DNA of 64,000 nucleotides from Gemmatimonadota bacterium (lineage in GTDB: Bacteria > Gemmatimonadota > Gemmatimonadetes > Gemmatimonadales > GWC2-71-9), in the NCBI GenBank assembly GCA_036679645.1, contig JAZDCY010000035.1:42253-106252 (forward strand), in the 5' to 3' direction. Positions 1-9,857 of this stretch are shown piece by piece (within the stretch, counting starts at the first letter, position 1; every line of letters begins with the position of its first letter). Under the pieces are notes generated by a model. That model ran no database searches. It was not told where the DNA came from and was given only the letters and a program-made list of their open reading frames with translations. A program made the translations under genes and the position numbers.

Positions 1-1302
1 GGCCCAGGTCGGGCGGCGAAAGACGATCCACGCGGCGCCTGACACCAGCACGAACCAGGGCAGTGCGAAGCCCACGCCTGGGTCCCCGCTCAGATGGCCC
101 CCGGGGATCGCCGCGCCAAGTGCCGCGACACGCTCGATTCCCGTCAACGCCAATCCGGCGCCGCGTGCCAGGGTGCCGCCTGCGACGAGGCTTCCGAAGA
201 CGGCAGGTACCGCCACGCCTGCAAGCGGAATGGCAATGAGGTTAGCGACGATGCCAACCGGAGCCACCGACCCGAACGTGAGTGCCGTGATGGGAGCCGT
301 CGCCACCGTCGCTCCGACCGATGCCACCACCAGCCGCGCCACCCCGCGGGCGCGCGGCGCCAGACGTAGCGCGGATGCCGTGCCCCACAACGCCCCGCAG
401 GAGAGCCACGCCCCGACACTCGTGACGGCGCCGGGCGTCACGGCGACAATCGCGAACACTGCCACAGCGAGAATCGTCGTGGGTGACGGGTGACGCTGTC
501 GGACACGCGCGGTGCCATAGAGCGTGATGAACCAGGCCGCCCGGAACGCGGGAGCGGGGAATCCCAGCACAGCTACGTAGATCCACACACCCACGGCAGC
601 ACAGGCCCACGCGTGACGTCCGGCTCCCACCAGGCGCGCGACAAGAGCGAGCCAAAGACTCAGGATTCCAACGTGCAGACCGGAGATGGCCAACACGTGC
701 GCCAGCCCGCTCTCCACAAAGCGAGCACGGAGCGCAGGAGAGATGTCTCCCCGACGGCCCAGAACGAGCGCCGCCACAAGACCGCTACGTGGCCCATACA
801 ACGCGTCGATCCGACGCGCGACGCGGTCGCGTATCCGGTAGCGCAGCCCGGGACGCCGGTCGAGTACCCGGAAACGATCGACCGCAAGGATATTGCCCCA
901 CCGGACGACGCCCACCGCGACGATAGTAGCTCCCGACCTCACATGTGCTTCACCAACACCAATGCGGACCGTGCCCGAACAGCCGGCCGGACTGTGTATC
1001 ACGGTAGCCTGTGCCCTACCCCGTGTATCGGGCGCGTCGTGAATCCGCAGGATCGCCGCCTGTTTCCCGGGTCTCCACAACGCGGCGCACCCAACTCGCC
1101 GTTCTTGCGCGGTCACCGAACCGACCGATGTGCCAATCGCGAAGGCCACCAACATCGTGCCGTGCGTCCGCGATCCGCGCGCGGTCACTACGACCGCCAC
1201 GCCCACGAGAAGCACAACCACGCTCACGGGTACCAAAACAACGAGGCCGGTCACGAGACCGGCCCCGAAGATGATCGTAAACAAACGAACGGGCGGTCTC
1301 AC
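1..1302 (-). CDS. comEC: ComEC/Rec2 DNA-uptake competence protein (runs off the window start)
   Basis: Not in the ORF track; segments translated by hand from the minus strand give FVESGLAHVLAISGLHVGIL and TAPITALTFGSVAPVGIVANLIAIPLAG, typical of the ComEC competence domain. GTG start at 1302 with GGAG upstream. Confidence 0.88.
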   Translation of the reverse strand, partial: MRPPVRLFTIIFGAGLVTGLVVLVPVSVVVLLVGVAVVVTARGSRTHGTMLVAFAIGTSVGSVTAQERRVGCAALWRPGKQAAILRIHDAPDTRGRAQATVIHSPAGCSGTVRIGVGEAHVRSGATIVAVGVVRWGNILAVDRFRVLDRRPGLRYRIRDRVARRIDALYGPRSGLVAALVLGRRGDISPALRARFVESGLAHVLAISGLHVGILSLWLALVARLVGAGRHAWACAAVGVWIYVAVLGFPAPAFRAAWFITLYGTARVRQRHPSPTTILAVAVFAIVAVTPGAVTSVGAWLSCGALWGTASALRLAPRARGVARLVVASVGATVATAPITALTFGSVAPVGIVANLIAIPLAGVAVPAVFGSLVAGGTLARGAGLALTGIERVAALGAAIPGGHLSGDPGVGFALPWFVLVSGAAWIVFRRPTWA

Positions 1303-1315
1303 CGCCCGCACTCCG

Positions 1316-2884
1316 CTACAAAGGCGCTTCCGGTACATCGTGTCCGGGTCGCGGGGATGCCCTGACGACTCGCAAACCGTTGAGCAGCGCGACCGACACG
1401 TCCGCGGTCTGTTGGTCCGCCTGCATTGCCACGTGTTGCAGCACGCCGCCGCGTCGCTCGGTGACGTAGTGCGGCGGGAGCCGATTCAGCGCGTACACGA
1501 TAACGTCGTCGCGGCACCGCTCGCATCCGCAGAACTCGTCTATCGTCCCCACCATGCGGTCGTACTCGCGTAGAGCCAAAGCTCGCACCGCCTGCGCGGG
1601 CACACCAGTGAACGTCGACCCCGTCGTTCCGGAAAGTCTGACGTCGATGTACCGACCAATCCACTCGCGTGGCCCGTCCACGAGGACGACCTTGTTGGTG
1701 CGCGACCGCGCCTGCAGCAGGCCGCCCCGCTTCGCGACCTTCTCCACCAGCACCTCCATGACGGACCCGACGAGCGCCATGTTCCGCCGCCGTGCTGTCT
1801 GGCGCACGACGCGAATGAGTCGCTCGAGCCGGGCCGCCGCAATGTCGTCGGGCACGGGACTGGGCAACCGCAGTGCACCCGTACCGTCTCGCGGCGAGTA
1901 GCGGAAGGTGTACGCGTCGTCGAATCCGACTTCACACACGAGATCTTCGGTGGCCGTGTAGTCCTCCTCCGACTCCCCCGGGAACCCCACGATGATATCG
2001 GTGGTGATGGCAAGGCCCGGAAGGGCCACCCGCAACCGCTCGACGCAATCGAGGTACTGGTCGCGGTCGTAGCGGCGCCCCATGCGTTTGAGCAGCCGTG
2101 ATGACCCGCTCTGTACGGGGAGATGGACGTGCTCGCACACGGCGGGCTCGTCGGCCATTGCCTCGATGACATTGGGTGTGAAGTCGGTAGGATACGGGCT
2201 CGTAAAGCGGAGCCGTCGAATACCCTCGACGCTGCCCACCGCGCGCAGCAGCGCAGCGAAATCGTGCTCGCCATCGTGATAGCTGTTGACCGTCTGCCCG
2301 AGGAGCGTGACTTGGGTAATGCCCCGCCCGGCCACCTGTTCCACTTCCGCAACGACATCCTGCAGTTTGCGACTGCGTTCGCGACCGCGCGTCATCGGAA
2401 CGACGCAGAACGAGCACCTATAATCGCATCCGCGTTGCACCGTGACGAAGGCCCCGACACCTTGGGTATGTTCCTGGGGGATATCCTCGTAATGCTCCCA
2501 GGGCTTGAACTCCACGTCGACGGCGCGCGTACCCGCCTGCGCGCCGGCAATCAATTCCGGTAGCGCGCGATATCCGTCGGGACCGACGACCAGATCCACG
2601 TGTGGAGCTCGGTCGAGGAGCACGGGACCGAGCCGTTGCGCCATGCACCCGACGACCCCGAGGATCACGCCAGGGCGCTTGTGCCGCTTCAACTCGCCTA
2701 TCCGGCCCACGACACGCTGTTCCGCGTTCTCGCGAACGGCGCACGTGTTAACGAGCATCACGTCCGCAGTTGCAGGATCGTCGGTGGGCACAAAGCCATC
2801 CTGTCCCAAGACCCCTAAGATGAGATCGGAATCCGCGACGTTCATCTGACAGCCGTAGGTCTCGATGTAGACGCGTTTGCTCAT
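1316..2884 (-). CDS. miaB: tRNA-i6A37 methylthiotransferase MiaB with a C-terminal ComFB-like domain
   Basis: TYGCQMNxxDS, NTCAVRENAE, radical SAM motif CDYRCSFC and a TRAM domain. The last ~85 aa (CGCERCRDDVIVYALNRLPPHYV...SPRPGH) resemble ComFB. Confidence 0.93.
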   Translation of the reverse strand: MSKRVYIETYGCQMNVADSDLILGVLGQDGFVPTDDPATADVMLVNTCAVRENAEQRVVGRIGELKRHKRPGVILGVVGCMAQRLGPVLLDRAPHVDLVVGPDGYRALPELIAGAQAGTRAVDVEFKPWEHYEDIPQEHTQGVGAFVTVQRGCDYRCSFCVVPMTRGRERSRKLQDVVAEVEQVAGRGITQVTLLGQTVNSYHDGEHDFAALLRAVGSVEGIRRLRFTSPYPTDFTPNVIEAMADEPAVCEHVHLPVQSGSSRLLKRMGRRYDRDQYLDCVERLRVALPGLAITTDIIVGFPGESEEDYTATEDLVCEVGFDDAYTFRYSPRDGTGALRLPSPVPDDIAAARLERLIRVVRQTARRRNMALVGSVMEVLVEKVAKRGGLLQARSRTNKVVLVDGPREWIGRYIDVRLSGTTGSTFTGVPAQAVRALALREYDRMVGTIDEFCGCERCRDDVIVYALNRLPPHYVTERRGGVLQHVAMQADQQTADVSVALLNGLRVVRASPRPGHDVPEAPL

Positions 2885-4137
2885 GCCGCTGCTACCGGTT
2901 CCGCCATGAGGCCATCACCCACCCTGCGCAATCGACCCCGGAATCTGTCCGGTGGCGGTGACGCTTTGGTGGGAAGGTAGACCGGCAGGTAATCCTCCGT
3001 GAGACCTTCGTATCGCCCACCTCGCCGTTCCAGGAGCACGATGTCTGCCATTCCGCCATCGCGCGCAGCACGATGCGCCGCTGTCTTCTCCGCCACGAGC
3101 CGGCGGAGCGCTTCCGCCCGTCGGCGCGCCGTCGGCGGAGGCGCCGGCGGGCCGAGATGACGGGCCGCGGCCCCAGGGCGTTCTGAGTAGGGGAAGATAT
3201 GAGCGTAGGTGAAGGGCAGCGTGCGGACGACCGCCTCGGTTTCCCGATGATCTCGCTCGGTTTCTCCGGGAAACCCGACGATTACATCGGCGCCCAGACC
3301 GAAGGTCGGCAACCTGCTTGCGAGCCACTCGAGCCGCGCGCGGTATGCGCGCGCGCTGTACCAATGGCGCCCCATGCGCTTGAGCACGCGATCGCTGCCC
3401 GACTGGAGGGGCGCGTGAATATGCGGCGCTAGTCGATCCGGCATCTCGATCATGAGTGCCGCGAGCTGGTCGTCCACTTCGGTCGCCTCGATGGACGACA
3501 ACCGAAACCGTACGCCGGGTATCTCGCAGATCAACCGTTCCATGAGCTGGCCGAGCGTAGAGGCAGTGCCCCGGTCGCGGCCGTATGTACCAATGTGCAC
3601 GCCCGTGATCACGATCTCACGTGTCGTCGTGGCGAGCTGCCGCGCCTCCTCCACCAGGTCGGCGACGAGCCGCGACCGGTTGTCACCCCGAGCCAGCGTG
3701 GTCGCGCAGAACGTGCAGTGCTCATCGCATCCGTCCTGCACCTTGAGCCATGCGCGTGTGCCGCGTGTGAATCGCCGCAGCACGCGATCGATTGGCGTGG
3801 AGGCAAGATCGAGCGCATCCAGAACCGCCGCGGGGTCGGCCGCTCCGACCACCCGCCGCACGCCAGGGAGAGCGGCAATCGTGCCGTCATCCAGCGCCGC
3901 AGCGCATCCCATCACGACTGTGCGGATGCCCGGCCGCGCACGGGCGAGGCGCCGGACGAGCCCGCGCATCTTGGCTTCGCCGGTGTGCGTTACGGTACAG
4001 GAGTTGACGACGGCGGCATCGGCCATTCGCGGGTCGTCCACTACCGACGCCCCCGCCGACTCCAGCGCCTGCCGGACCGTCTCGGTGTCGTATTGGTTGG
4101 CTTTGCAGCCGAAGGTGTGGAGGTAGACCGCCGTCAT
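2881..4137 (-). CDS. mtaB: MiaB/RimO-family methylthiotransferase, MtaB-like
   Basis: TFGCKANQYD, NSCTVT, KVQDGCDEHCTFC. ATG at 4137 overlaps the upstream stop (ATGA). Confidence 0.85.
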   Translation of the reverse strand: MTAVYLHTFGCKANQYDTETVRQALESAGASVVDDPRMADAAVVNSCTVTHTGEAKMRGLVRRLARARPGIRTVVMGCAAALDDGTIAALPGVRRVVGAADPAAVLDALDLASTPIDRVLRRFTRGTRAWLKVQDGCDEHCTFCATTLARGDNRSRLVADLVEEARQLATTTREIVITGVHIGTYGRDRGTASTLGQLMERLICEIPGVRFRLSSIEATEVDDQLAALMIEMPDRLAPHIHAPLQSGSDRVLKRMGRHWYSARAYRARLEWLASRLPTFGLGADVIVGFPGETERDHRETEAVVRTLPFTYAHIFPYSERPGAAARHLGPPAPPPTARRRAEALRRLVAEKTAAHRAARDGGMADIVLLERRGGRYEGLTEDYLPVYLPTKASPPPDRFRGRLRRVGDGLMAEPVAAA

Positions 4138-5276
4138 GGACGGACGGTCATGCCGACCGAGATCTGCCATACCCGTTCGCGCACGCCGGTACCGTCGCGC
4201 AGCACGCGCTGCACGACCACGTCGAGCAACCCGCGACTATTCGCGAAGGCCACGCCGGTGCCGAACGAAAAATCGAGTTCCCGCGGCCGGCGGGCGTCGG
4301 GCGCAAAGGGAAGCTGCGCGTAACGAAACCCGAGCCGCAGTGGGATGCGCGATGTGCCGGTTGCGGCACCGCCGAGTTCCAGACCGGTCCCAATCTCCCA
4401 AGTATTGAACGCGGTCGTGCCTGCCGCGACGACGTCCGCTGCCGCATCCGACCACGATCGCCATTGCCCCGTTACCGTCAGGCGCAGGGCCGGGAAAGGC
4501 GCGAGTTGAATACCCCCCGTGATGGTGGCCGGGAGATCGAATTCCCCAACCTGTACCGAGTCCAACGTCACCTCGAGGTCCCCGTCAATGCGCACGGCGC
4601 CGCCAATATCCATACCGGGCAGAGCGTTCCACAGGAAACCAACGGCGGCTCCCACTCCCGAAAAACTCGATCTCCCGTCCTGCCGGAACGACCGGAACGA
4701 ACTGTCCTCAAACGTCCGCCGGACCTCGAGCTTGGTCGATCCGCTCAGGAGATGGACGGAAACGCCCACCGACAAGCGATCGGAGGCCGCCCACGCAAGC
4801 GCCCCCCGGATGTCCGCGATGCCCCCATCCGACATGATCCGGTCTTCCACGCCGACCGCCGTTCCGCGCAAGATCATCGTGTCACTGGCGGTGATATCGA
4901 AGGTGCGTTCCGCATAGGTCGCCATACTAATCGCAAACGCCATCCGTCTCGATAACCGCCCGCCCACCAGGGCCAGAGGGAACCGTGTGCTCCGTAGTCC
5001 GTCTGCCGCCACGCCCGCGACTTCATAGGAGCGTAACTCGGTTCCCGAAATCGCCATCGCCGTGGGGCGCCGGAATCCGATAGGAGCCGCCGGGTTGATG
5101 GCCGACGCCGGGTCGAAAAGCGCACTACCCCCGCCAAGTGCCAGCGAGCGAGCGCTCAGCGGCCGGCCGGGAAACCCGATCCCGTGCACGGCGTACACAG
5201 ACACCTGTGACCGGAGCTGGGTCGGGACCGCCAACGCGACTAGCAGCAGGGACACGATACTCGCGGATCGCATCAT
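4134..5276 (-). CDS. Outer-membrane beta-barrel protein, FadL/PorV-like
   Basis: Signal peptide, N-terminal ARSLALGG...INPAA plug-like motif, alternating amphipathic beta-strands. Confidence 0.65.
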   Translation of the reverse strand: MMRSASIVSLLLVALAVPTQLRSQVSVYAVHGIGFPGRPLSARSLALGGGSALFDPASAINPAAPIGFRRPTAMAISGTELRSYEVAGVAADGLRSTRFPLALVGGRLSRRMAFAISMATYAERTFDITASDTMILRGTAVGVEDRIMSDGGIADIRGALAWAASDRLSVGVSVHLLSGSTKLEVRRTFEDSSFRSFRQDGRSSFSGVGAAVGFLWNALPGMDIGGAVRIDGDLEVTLDSVQVGEFDLPATITGGIQLAPFPALRLTVTGQWRSWSDAAADVVAAGTTAFNTWEIGTGLELGGAATGTSRIPLRLGFRYAQLPFAPDARRPRELDFSFGTGVAFANSRGLLDVVVQRVLRDGTGVRERVWQISVGMTVRP

Positions 5277-6502
5277 CGGAAGAAGTCCACTGGAGGAACG
5301 AACGTTATGTGGAGTACGGGTCGTGTGGCAGCGTTTGCGGTCGATCCAAAACGCGCCTCCACGAACGAGGCCCCTTCCGGGACGGCTCGGAGAACGACGA
5401 CCCGTGGTCGCTCGGGATCGAGCTGGAAATCGGTCAGGAGATCGGTGATGTCGATGCGCACCGTGTCCGTCGCACCCGCTGTCACCAAGGTTGACCGAAA
5501 CGGGATCGAGTCCGCCCGCACCGTGACGAGCGGCGACTTCGCCCCGACATCGGCCGAGACGCGCTGAACGAGGATACGCGCAGAGTCCGTCGGAGCGCCG
5601 AGGACGGCTTCGGTGAGTACCAGGACCAGTGTCGCGCGCACGATCTTGGCCGAGTCGAGGATCGACGATGGGATATCGAGCCGCAGCACTGCGCGCGCGG
5701 CAGGTACGCCACCGACGCGCAAGACATCGGCGGCCGGCAGTGGCAGGGGCGCCGCCACGAAGGTATCGAAGTCAGGCTGTCGCGCGTCGGAAACCTCGAC
5801 CTCCCCCGCACCCGAATCGACGCGCGCGAACCTGGTGAGGATCGCCGCATTGCCGACTTCGATTGCCCCTAGCGTCAGGAATGCGGGTTCTGGGCTCCGC
5901 AGCACGACACCAATGGAAGCGCGGCGCCCGTCGCTATCGAACGTAGGGAACGCGCTATCGGGAAGGACCGTACTGATGGTGTCCGCGGTAAGGCTGTCCG
6001 GGATCGGTAGCACCATGAGCAGTGTGCTGTCCGCAAAAAACGGTTCGAGCGATGCGAAGCTAGCCGTCGTATCGATATCGGCTGGGAGACGATGGAGGGC
6101 CAGCTCCAGACCCGCCACACCTTGGCTCCGGAGCACGACCGGCAGGGTCACCGCGAACGAATCGATACCCACAACGGCACCCGTTACGGTGTCGGTAGCG
6201 GCGACCGGCAAGCGATCGGGAAACGCGATGAAGCGGATGACGCTACGGCTCTGCGTGACGCCACTCGTTGCACCGGTGTCGTTGACCAACTGCATGCCCG
6301 CCGCTTCGGACCCGTTCACGAAGCCAATGAATGTCGAATCACCAACTATGCCCTGACCCAAGACCGTATCCACGAGCTGCACCGATGCGGGTGGACAGAA
6401 GTCCGGGCAAGCCCCTGGTGCCGTGGTGGCCTCGCGGCATCCCGCGAGAGCGAGTGCGGTCGCGCCGAGCGATACGGCCCATGCGCGCGAGGCGCGCGTC
6501 AT
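5273..6502 (-). CDS. Uncharacterised lipoprotein
   Basis: Lipobox ([22 protein letters not shown]), a CPDFCP motif and a beta-rich mature part. ATGA overlaps at both ends. Confidence 0.7.
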   Translation of the reverse strand: MTRASRAWAVSLGATALALAGCREATTAPGACPDFCPPASVQLVDTVLGQGIVGDSTFIGFVNGSEAAGMQLVNDTGATSGVTQSRSVIRFIAFPDRLPVAATDTVTGAVVGIDSFAVTLPVVLRSQGVAGLELALHRLPADIDTTASFASLEPFFADSTLLMVLPIPDSLTADTISTVLPDSAFPTFDSDGRRASIGVVLRSPEPAFLTLGAIEVGNAAILTRFARVDSGAGEVEVSDARQPDFDTFVAAPLPLPAADVLRVGGVPAARAVLRLDIPSSILDSAKIVRATLVLVLTEAVLGAPTDSARILVQRVSADVGAKSPLVTVRADSIPFRSTLVTAGATDTVRIDITDLLTDFQLDPERPRVVVLRAVPEGASFVEARFGSTANAATRPVLHITFVPPVDFFR

Positions 6503-6798
6503 GTTAGATCCTCCGGCCCGAATTTGTGCGGGAGGAGCTCGCTGAGGCTCCACCGCAGGGCACCGGTGGGGCCAACCGCTTCCACCGTGAGACCGGCTCC
6601 GAACTCCGCAAGCACCTCGGCACAGTTGCTGAGTCCGTACGACGCATTCTCGACGTTCGCGCCCACGAACACGCGGCCGTCGTCCGCCTCGAGGGCAGCG
6701 CCGACGCGGAATCCGCTGTACGGCGCGTACGCCTCGGCCTGTGCCGCGCGCGCGGCGGCGAGCAGTCGTTTGTCTGCACCCTTCAGAGGCTCAACCAA
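6499..6798 (-). pseudogene. cdd: Cytidine deaminase with an in-frame internal deletion (lacks the PCxxC zinc motif)
   Basis: [14 protein letters not shown] and [16 protein letters not shown] are joined directly to VLAEFG...LSELLP. 99 aa from TTG 6798 (GGAGAG RBS), versus ~130 aa for tetrameric Cdd. Confidence 0.7.
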
Positions 6799-7948
6799 GT
6801 ATCTCTCCCAAGAACGAATCCCCCACAGATGGCTGAATACCAAAGTAATCAGCCACCGTCGCGCCGATGTCCGCAAAGCTGGATCGGGTGCCCAGATCCA
6901 CCGCGCGCACGCCCGGGCCAACCGCTAGAAGCGGGACCGCCTCGCGCGAATGGTCGGTCGAATCGGTCGTCGGATCGGTGCCGTGATCGGCCGTGAGGAG
7001 CATCAGATCGTCGGGCTGGAGTAGGTCGATCAGCCTCGGCAACTCGCGATCGAGCTCCTGAAGCCCCTGATAGAACCCCGCAACGTCGTTGCGGTGCCCC
7101 CAGCTCTGATCGAATTCGATCACGTTGACGAACAACAGCCCCCGATCCATCGAGGTGAGCGCCTCAGCAACGAGCACATACGCGTCGCGGTTCGTGGGCG
7201 TGTGCCGGCTCGTAATCGACCGAGCGGCGAAGAGGTCATCGACCTTGCCCACGCCCACCCGCGGCACGCCCGCTTCTGCCAGCCGGTCCAGCAGCGTCGG
7301 ACCAGCCGGCGGGAGCGAGAAGTCCCGTCTATGCGCCGTCCGGTGGAACGCGCCGGGCTCGCCTCTGTAGGGTCGGGCAATCACCCGTGAGACCCCGTGC
7401 TCCCCCTGGAGCATCGCGCGAGCGGATTGGCACGCCGCGTACAGTTCATCGAGCGGAATGACCTCTTCGTGCGCGGCGATCTGAAAAACCGAATCCGCCG
7501 AAGTGTACACGATCCATGCGCCGCTCCGCATCTGCTCGGCGCCGAACTGCTCGATGATCGCCGTTCCCGATGCGGGCCGGTTGGCGAGCACGCCGCGTCC
7601 GGTCCGCCTAGCGAACGTCTCCACGACATTGGGTGGGAAGCCGTCCGGATACACCGGGAACGGCTGCTCGACCAACAGCTCGCAGATCTCCCAATGACCC
7701 GTCGTGCTGTCTTTCCCCTTGGACCGGGGCAACGCCACTCCATACGCCGCCCGGGGATCGGTACAGGCGAGCCCGGGAATGGGCCGGCAGCACCCCAATC
7801 CGAGCGCCGCGAGGAACGGTGTCTCGAGCCCGCCGACGGCACGCGCAACGTTCCCCAGGGTGTCGCTCCCCCCGTCTCCGTACTCCTCCTGGTCGGGACA
7901 CGCCCCAATACCGAGTCCGTCCAGGATGATCAAGGCGACCCGCCCCAT
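6791..7948 (-). CDS. deoB: Phosphopentomutase
   Basis: [46 protein letters not shown]...DHSRE. Confidence 0.95.
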   Translation of the reverse strand: MGRVALIILDGLGIGACPDQEEYGDGGSDTLGNVARAVGGLETPFLAALGLGCCRPIPGLACTDPRAAYGVALPRSKGKDSTTGHWEICELLVEQPFPVYPDGFPPNVVETFARRTGRGVLANRPASGTAIIEQFGAEQMRSGAWIVYTSADSVFQIAAHEEVIPLDELYAACQSARAMLQGEHGVSRVIARPYRGEPGAFHRTAHRRDFSLPPAGPTLLDRLAEAGVPRVGVGKVDDLFAARSITSRHTPTNRDAYVLVAEALTSMDRGLLFVNVIEFDQSWGHRNDVAGFYQGLQELDRELPRLIDLLQPDDLMLLTADHGTDPTTDSTDHSREAVPLLAVGPGVRAVDLGTRSSFADIGATVADYFGIQPSVGDSFLGEILG

Positions 7949-8997
7949 TACGTGACGTATCTCCGCACCAATCGCGGACCGAGCCGGGCGATGACCTCGT
8001 AGGAGATCGTCCCCGCCCACTCGGCGACATCGTCGATCGTGATCGCCTCTGGGCCACTTGTCCCGATCACCGTAGCGACGTCACCGACCCGCACTGGCGT
8101 ATCCACACCGACATCGGCCATGATGAAGTCCATCGTTACCCGCCCGACCACTGGGTAGCGTGCGCCGCTCAGCAACACGTGGGCGCGGCCCTGCCCCGCC
8201 CGGAGAACGCCATCGGCGTAGCCGATCGCGAGCGTCGCGACCCGCGTCACATGCGGAGCGCGCCACTCGGCCCCATAGCTCACCGTGTCGCCCGGCTCGA
8301 GCGTGCGGACACTCACTACGGCAGCGCGAACCGACACCACGGGCAGCGGGTCGGCGAGTCCGTCACCTGCTTTTCCACCGTAGAGGAAGATCCCGGGACG
8401 GCAGAGATCGAGACGATCGTGCATGCGCCACGCACCCGCACTGTTGGCCGCATGCAGGAGACGTGGGCGCGTGGGAAACTGCGCCGCGGCAGTGCGAAAC
8501 CGTTCCTCTTGCTCCGCGGTCGCGGCGGGATTTGTGTCTGCCGCGTAGAAGTGCGTGAAGGCCCCCTCCAGATGTGCACCGGCACAGGCGCGCAAGGCAT
8601 CGGTATCCGACCAGCGTACACCGCACCGGCCCATACCCGTGTCGATCTCGACGTGATAGGGGAGCGTCCAGCCGCCCGCTACCGTCGGGTCGTCGAGCAC
8701 CGCCGTGAGGCTGGATTGCCGGTACACGTCGAGCTGATCCGGGACCGGGGGTGTGAAGACGAGGATCGGTCGGGCAATGCCAGCAGCGCGAAGTTCGAGC
8801 CCCTCCGGCACGGTGGCGACGCCATACCCCCACGGATCGACCGCCTCGAGCGCCCCTACTGCCTCGAGAACTCCCAGCCCATAGGCGTTGGCTTTGACCA
8901 TGGGGAGCAACGAGATTCCACCCGCCGCCGCTTGCACGGTGCGCGCGTTTTCGAGGAGGTTGGCGAGGTTGATCTCAACCCACGCGCGCTGGCTCAT
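7948..8997 (-). CDS. alr: Alanine racemase
   Basis: AWVEINL, VKANAYGLG (PLP lysine), DTGMGRCG, VSYG, GYADG, GRVTMD, TISYE. Confidence 0.95.
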   Translation of the reverse strand: MSQRAWVEINLANLLENARTVQAAAGGISLLPMVKANAYGLGVLEAVGALEAVDPWGYGVATVPEGLELRAAGIARPILVFTPPVPDQLDVYRQSSLTAVLDDPTVAGGWTLPYHVEIDTGMGRCGVRWSDTDALRACAGAHLEGAFTHFYAADTNPAATAEQEERFRTAAAQFPTRPRLLHAANSAGAWRMHDRLDLCRPGIFLYGGKAGDGLADPLPVVSVRAAVVSVRTLEPGDTVSYGAEWRAPHVTRVATLAIGYADGVLRAGQGRAHVLLSGARYPVVGRVTMDFIMADVGVDTPVRVGDVATVIGTSGPEAITIDDVAEWAGTISYEVIARLGPRLVRRYVT

Positions 8998-9005
8998 GAT
9001 TCGCG

Positions 9006-9035
9006 TTGACAGGTCCACAACGGGGTCGGTATTGT
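9006..9035 (+). promoter_or_regulatory. Sigma70-like promoter for mazG
   Basis: TTGACA (9006-9011), 18-nt spacer, TATTGT (9030-9035). Confidence 0.55.
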
Positions 9036-9059
9036 ACCGGCCCAAGGCCCCAAATGCAA
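9031..9059 (-). promoter_or_regulatory. Sigma70-like promoter for the alr...comEC operon
   Basis: Minus strand TTGCAT (9059-9054), 17-nt spacer, TACAAT (9036-9031). Confidence 0.55.
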
Positions 9060-9857
9060 GAACCATCAGCGCTTGGACGCATCGTCGAACTGGTACGGGA
9101 CCTGCGCAGCCGCTGTCCGTGGGACGCCGCGCAGACGCCTGAGACGCTTCGTCCGTATCTCATCGAAGAGGTCTTCGAGCTGGACCACGCGATCGCCAAG
9201 CTCGAGCCGGAGGCAATCAAGACGGAGCTGGGAGATCTTCTGCTGCACCTCGCCTTCCAGATCGTCCTGGCCGAAGAGCAAGACAAGTTCGGCGCCGAAG
9301 ACCTCACGCGCGCGGTGGAGGAAAAGATGTGGCGGCGCCACCCGCACCTGTTCCCGGAACACGCGCCAGCTCCGTCCGGGGAGGCCCCGGAAAACGACAA
9401 GCTTTCGCCTCAAGAAATGTGGGAGCGTCAGAAGCTGGCCGAGCGTACGGACGACCGTCCGTCGGTGCTCGACGGGCTCCCGCCCACGATGCCGGCCCTG
9501 GTCATGGCGTACCGCCTCCAGGAACGGGCCGCCGGGGTGGGATTCGACTGGAAAGACGTGCGGGGCCCACTGGACAAGGTGCGGGAAGAAACCCTCGAGC
9601 TGTCCGCCGAACTCACCGATGGCGCGCCGGCCCGGGTGGAGGCGGAACTCGGCGACCTCCTCTTTGCCGTCGTTAACCTGGGCCGGAAAGCGGGCTTCGA
9701 CCCGCGTGCGGCACTCGAGAAAGCCAACGACCGGTTTCGCGACCGTTTTTGCGCGGTCGAGGCACTGGCAGCCGAGCGCGGCATCGAGGTTGGACGTGCC
9801 GACCTCGAGACGTTGGATGCGTTGTGGGATGAAGTGAAGGGACGCGCGGAGCGCTAG
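9054..9857 (+). CDS. mazG: Nucleoside triphosphate pyrophosphohydrolase MazG
   Basis: CPWDAAQT, EEVFE, ELGDLL, RRHPHLF, second domain with GFDW and ELGDLLFAVVN. Confidence 0.93.
   Translation: MQEPSALGRIVELVRDLRSRCPWDAAQTPETLRPYLIEEVFELDHAIAKLEPEAIKTELGDLLLHLAFQIVLAEEQDKFGAEDLTRAVEEKMWRRHPHLFPEHAPAPSGEAPENDKLSPQEMWERQKLAERTDDRPSVLDGLPPTMPALVMAYRLQERAAGVGFDWKDVRGPLDKVREETLELSAELTDGAPARVEAELGDLLFAVVNLGRKAGFDPRAALEKANDRFRDRFCAVEALAAERGIEVGRADLETLDALWDEVKGRAER

Noticed and set aside
490..1365. 291-aa plus-strand ORF
   Set aside because: In-frame antisense shadow of comEC; no recognisable motifs.
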